DNA from: Macrostomum lignano
Lineage: Eukaryota
NCBI GenBank assembly: GCA_002269645.1
Contig: NIVC01002093.1
Span: forward strand, 124,001-188,000
Direction of reading: 5' to 3'
Length of the DNA stretch: 64,000 nucleotides
Position numbers and translations under genes: made by a program
The notes under the pieces: model-generated
Seen by the model: the letters and a program-made list of their open reading frames with translations, nothing else
Databases searched by the model: none
What the model was told of the DNA's origin: nothing
Shown: one piece after another, positions 62,266-64,000 of the stretch
How positions within the stretch are numbered: the stretch's first letter is position 1
Layout: each line of letters opens with the position of its first letter

Positions 62266-62510
62266 CGAGAAATAAGATAAAAATATTAATAAACTAAACA
62301 GTAGTTTTCAGACAAAAAAACTTTGCTCACAGGGCTTCTTCATCTGAAAAATCTGAAGCGTCAGACGCCATGCTGACATCAGGCAGGAGTGAGCTAACAC
62401 GCTTAGGAGTCCGGTTGGCCCAGAAGCTAGTGGTGGAAAAGCGAATGAGAAAATTTATACACTACTGAAACTTGGAGCATAGAAAACTTGAGATCTATAC
62501 TCACTCGGTG

Positions 62511-63525
62511 TCAGAGGAGAACCCGGGTGTAGCTAGCGGCGGGACAATGCGCAGAGTCGTAGTGTTCGGTATGTCGATTGTACAGGAGCCGCACCACGGC
62601 CGCAGCTGGCCTTACATCAGATGGAACCTCTTGAACCAGCTGTAGATGGCCATCGTCAACGTACTGGTAGATGGCATAGTCAAAGTCCAGCAGCTTAGCT
62701 GTTAAGGTTGCCCTCAGATATATGCGAAGCACAACTCAACTCGGCACGTTATTCCTTTTAAGCCTTTAGTTTAGGCGAAGCTTAGTTTAGCTTTTGATTT
62801 CGTCTATAGACTGTTATAGTTAACACACAGCGCGTATTGAGTTAGCAGCTGTTGGCTGATCTCAGGATTTCGTGGACTATATTGTCCGAAAAATGCAGCT
62901 CACCAAACGCCATCAGCAGAAAGATCAGGCTCTACAGATGATGTGCTCCTACACCAGGTTGGCTGCGCATTGTGCTGAGACACACTGCCAAGGGTGCGAG
63001 ATTGATAGATTATGCACGGCTTAAGACCTGATATGAAAAAAGTGTGATTTCAACAACGCGAGTAAACTGAATTTCCCCAACTACATTTAAAAGCACGGAG
63101 CACAGAGACTTCCCAATTAAATGAAATAAAGGCAAACTCACATAGGAGTACTAAAATTCACCACATAGTAGTGCCTGAGGTGGCGGTTGTACAGCAGCCG
63201 CACTGTGGATAGATAGCATAGTCGACATCAAGCAGCTGGTTCAGCAAGGCCGCAATGAAATCATGGACCTCAACTCTATCTCGCTGTGTGTCATGAAGAA
63301 CTCCTTCGACTGTCAGTCTGTCAGCCTGTAGCAGTTCTCGTTGTGCTTCAACAAAGGGCGAGACCGCTCACTAATAAGCTGCCGTAGCTGCTGGGGAGTC
63401 AGGTTGCTGTAAACTGGAGTTCCAATCAAATGGTGCTGTACAGCATAAAACCAGCAGTTGCCATCACCGGACATCGAGATGACTTGCGAGGCACTGATGG
63501 GCACAGTTCTAGGCGTAGATGACAC
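62511..63525 (-). pseudogene. OTU-like cysteine protease remnants, apparently two domains, upstream of Rep
   Basis: GDGNCWFYAV (63313-63525); LLDVDYAIY..VRLLYNRHLRHY (~63170-63260); LLDFDYAIY..VRLLYNRHTEHYD (62511-62732). Confidence 0.75.
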
Positions 63526-64000
63526 GAGACTGCGAGATTTTTATGTGTAAAAAAGGAATATTTGTCCTTGTTAGCATTGTATCACGCTGGCGCGCGTTAG
63601 ATGCACGATTTACTGTGCGTCTAATGTAGGTGTCTATGGCAATTTTCTATCTGAGTAAAGGCAACAAGCGTGCGTCTAACGCGTGCGTGTAATGCGCGGA
63701 AAGTGAGTATATTTTAATAAGTATACTTCTGCTACAAGTACAACGAACGAATAACAGGGAACTGTGTAAACAAGGTAGACTGCGTAGACGATTACCTATC
63801 ATTGACAGGGAAAGCGAATGAGGATGAAGGCGTTCTGCATTTGGAAGTTCAGTGTGGGAAAATTATTACTCATTGTTATTACTCACTCTACGAATTGAAC
63901 GTGCAGTTGTTGACAGTGTTGTAGAAGTTATAAACCACAGTTGGTTTCTTCTTGGCGTCATCACTTGGCGTCCCACCAGCAACGTCCGACGTGTCAGAAA

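Overview
Repeat-dense eukaryotic (metazoan-type) DNA: GT-AG introns, long microsatellites, and no operons or recognisable housekeeping genes. The host may be a flatworm such as Macrostomum, which is a guess from repeat and codon style only. Four zones. (1) 1-15 kb is an unexplained island. It holds a three-exon C2H2 zinc-finger gene whose C-terminus loosely resembles a tyrosine recombinase, a two-exon gene with five tandem PLDLS (CtBP-binding) motifs split by a LINE, 21-bp heptad coiled-coil arrays, a Thr-rich ORF, a 231-bp hairpin-rich tandem array and a ~55-bp inverted repeat. This is the best candidate for an undescribed integrated virus-like element. (2) 16-28 kb is a transposon mosaic: a complete mariner element, RTE fragments, a SAP-domain DIRS/Ngaro-like gag and duplications. 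(3) 28.6-54 kb is stacked non-autonomous Helitrons joined head-to-tail at exact CTAG|TC junctions, carrying minisatellites and tRNA-like motifs, with one RT-RNase H LINE between two stacks. (4) 54-64 kb is a decayed intron-containing Helitron (OTU plus Rep N-terminus) followed by an unknown duplicated multi-exon gene with tandem symmetric exons. Family assignments come from motif recognition by eye; no database searches were run.
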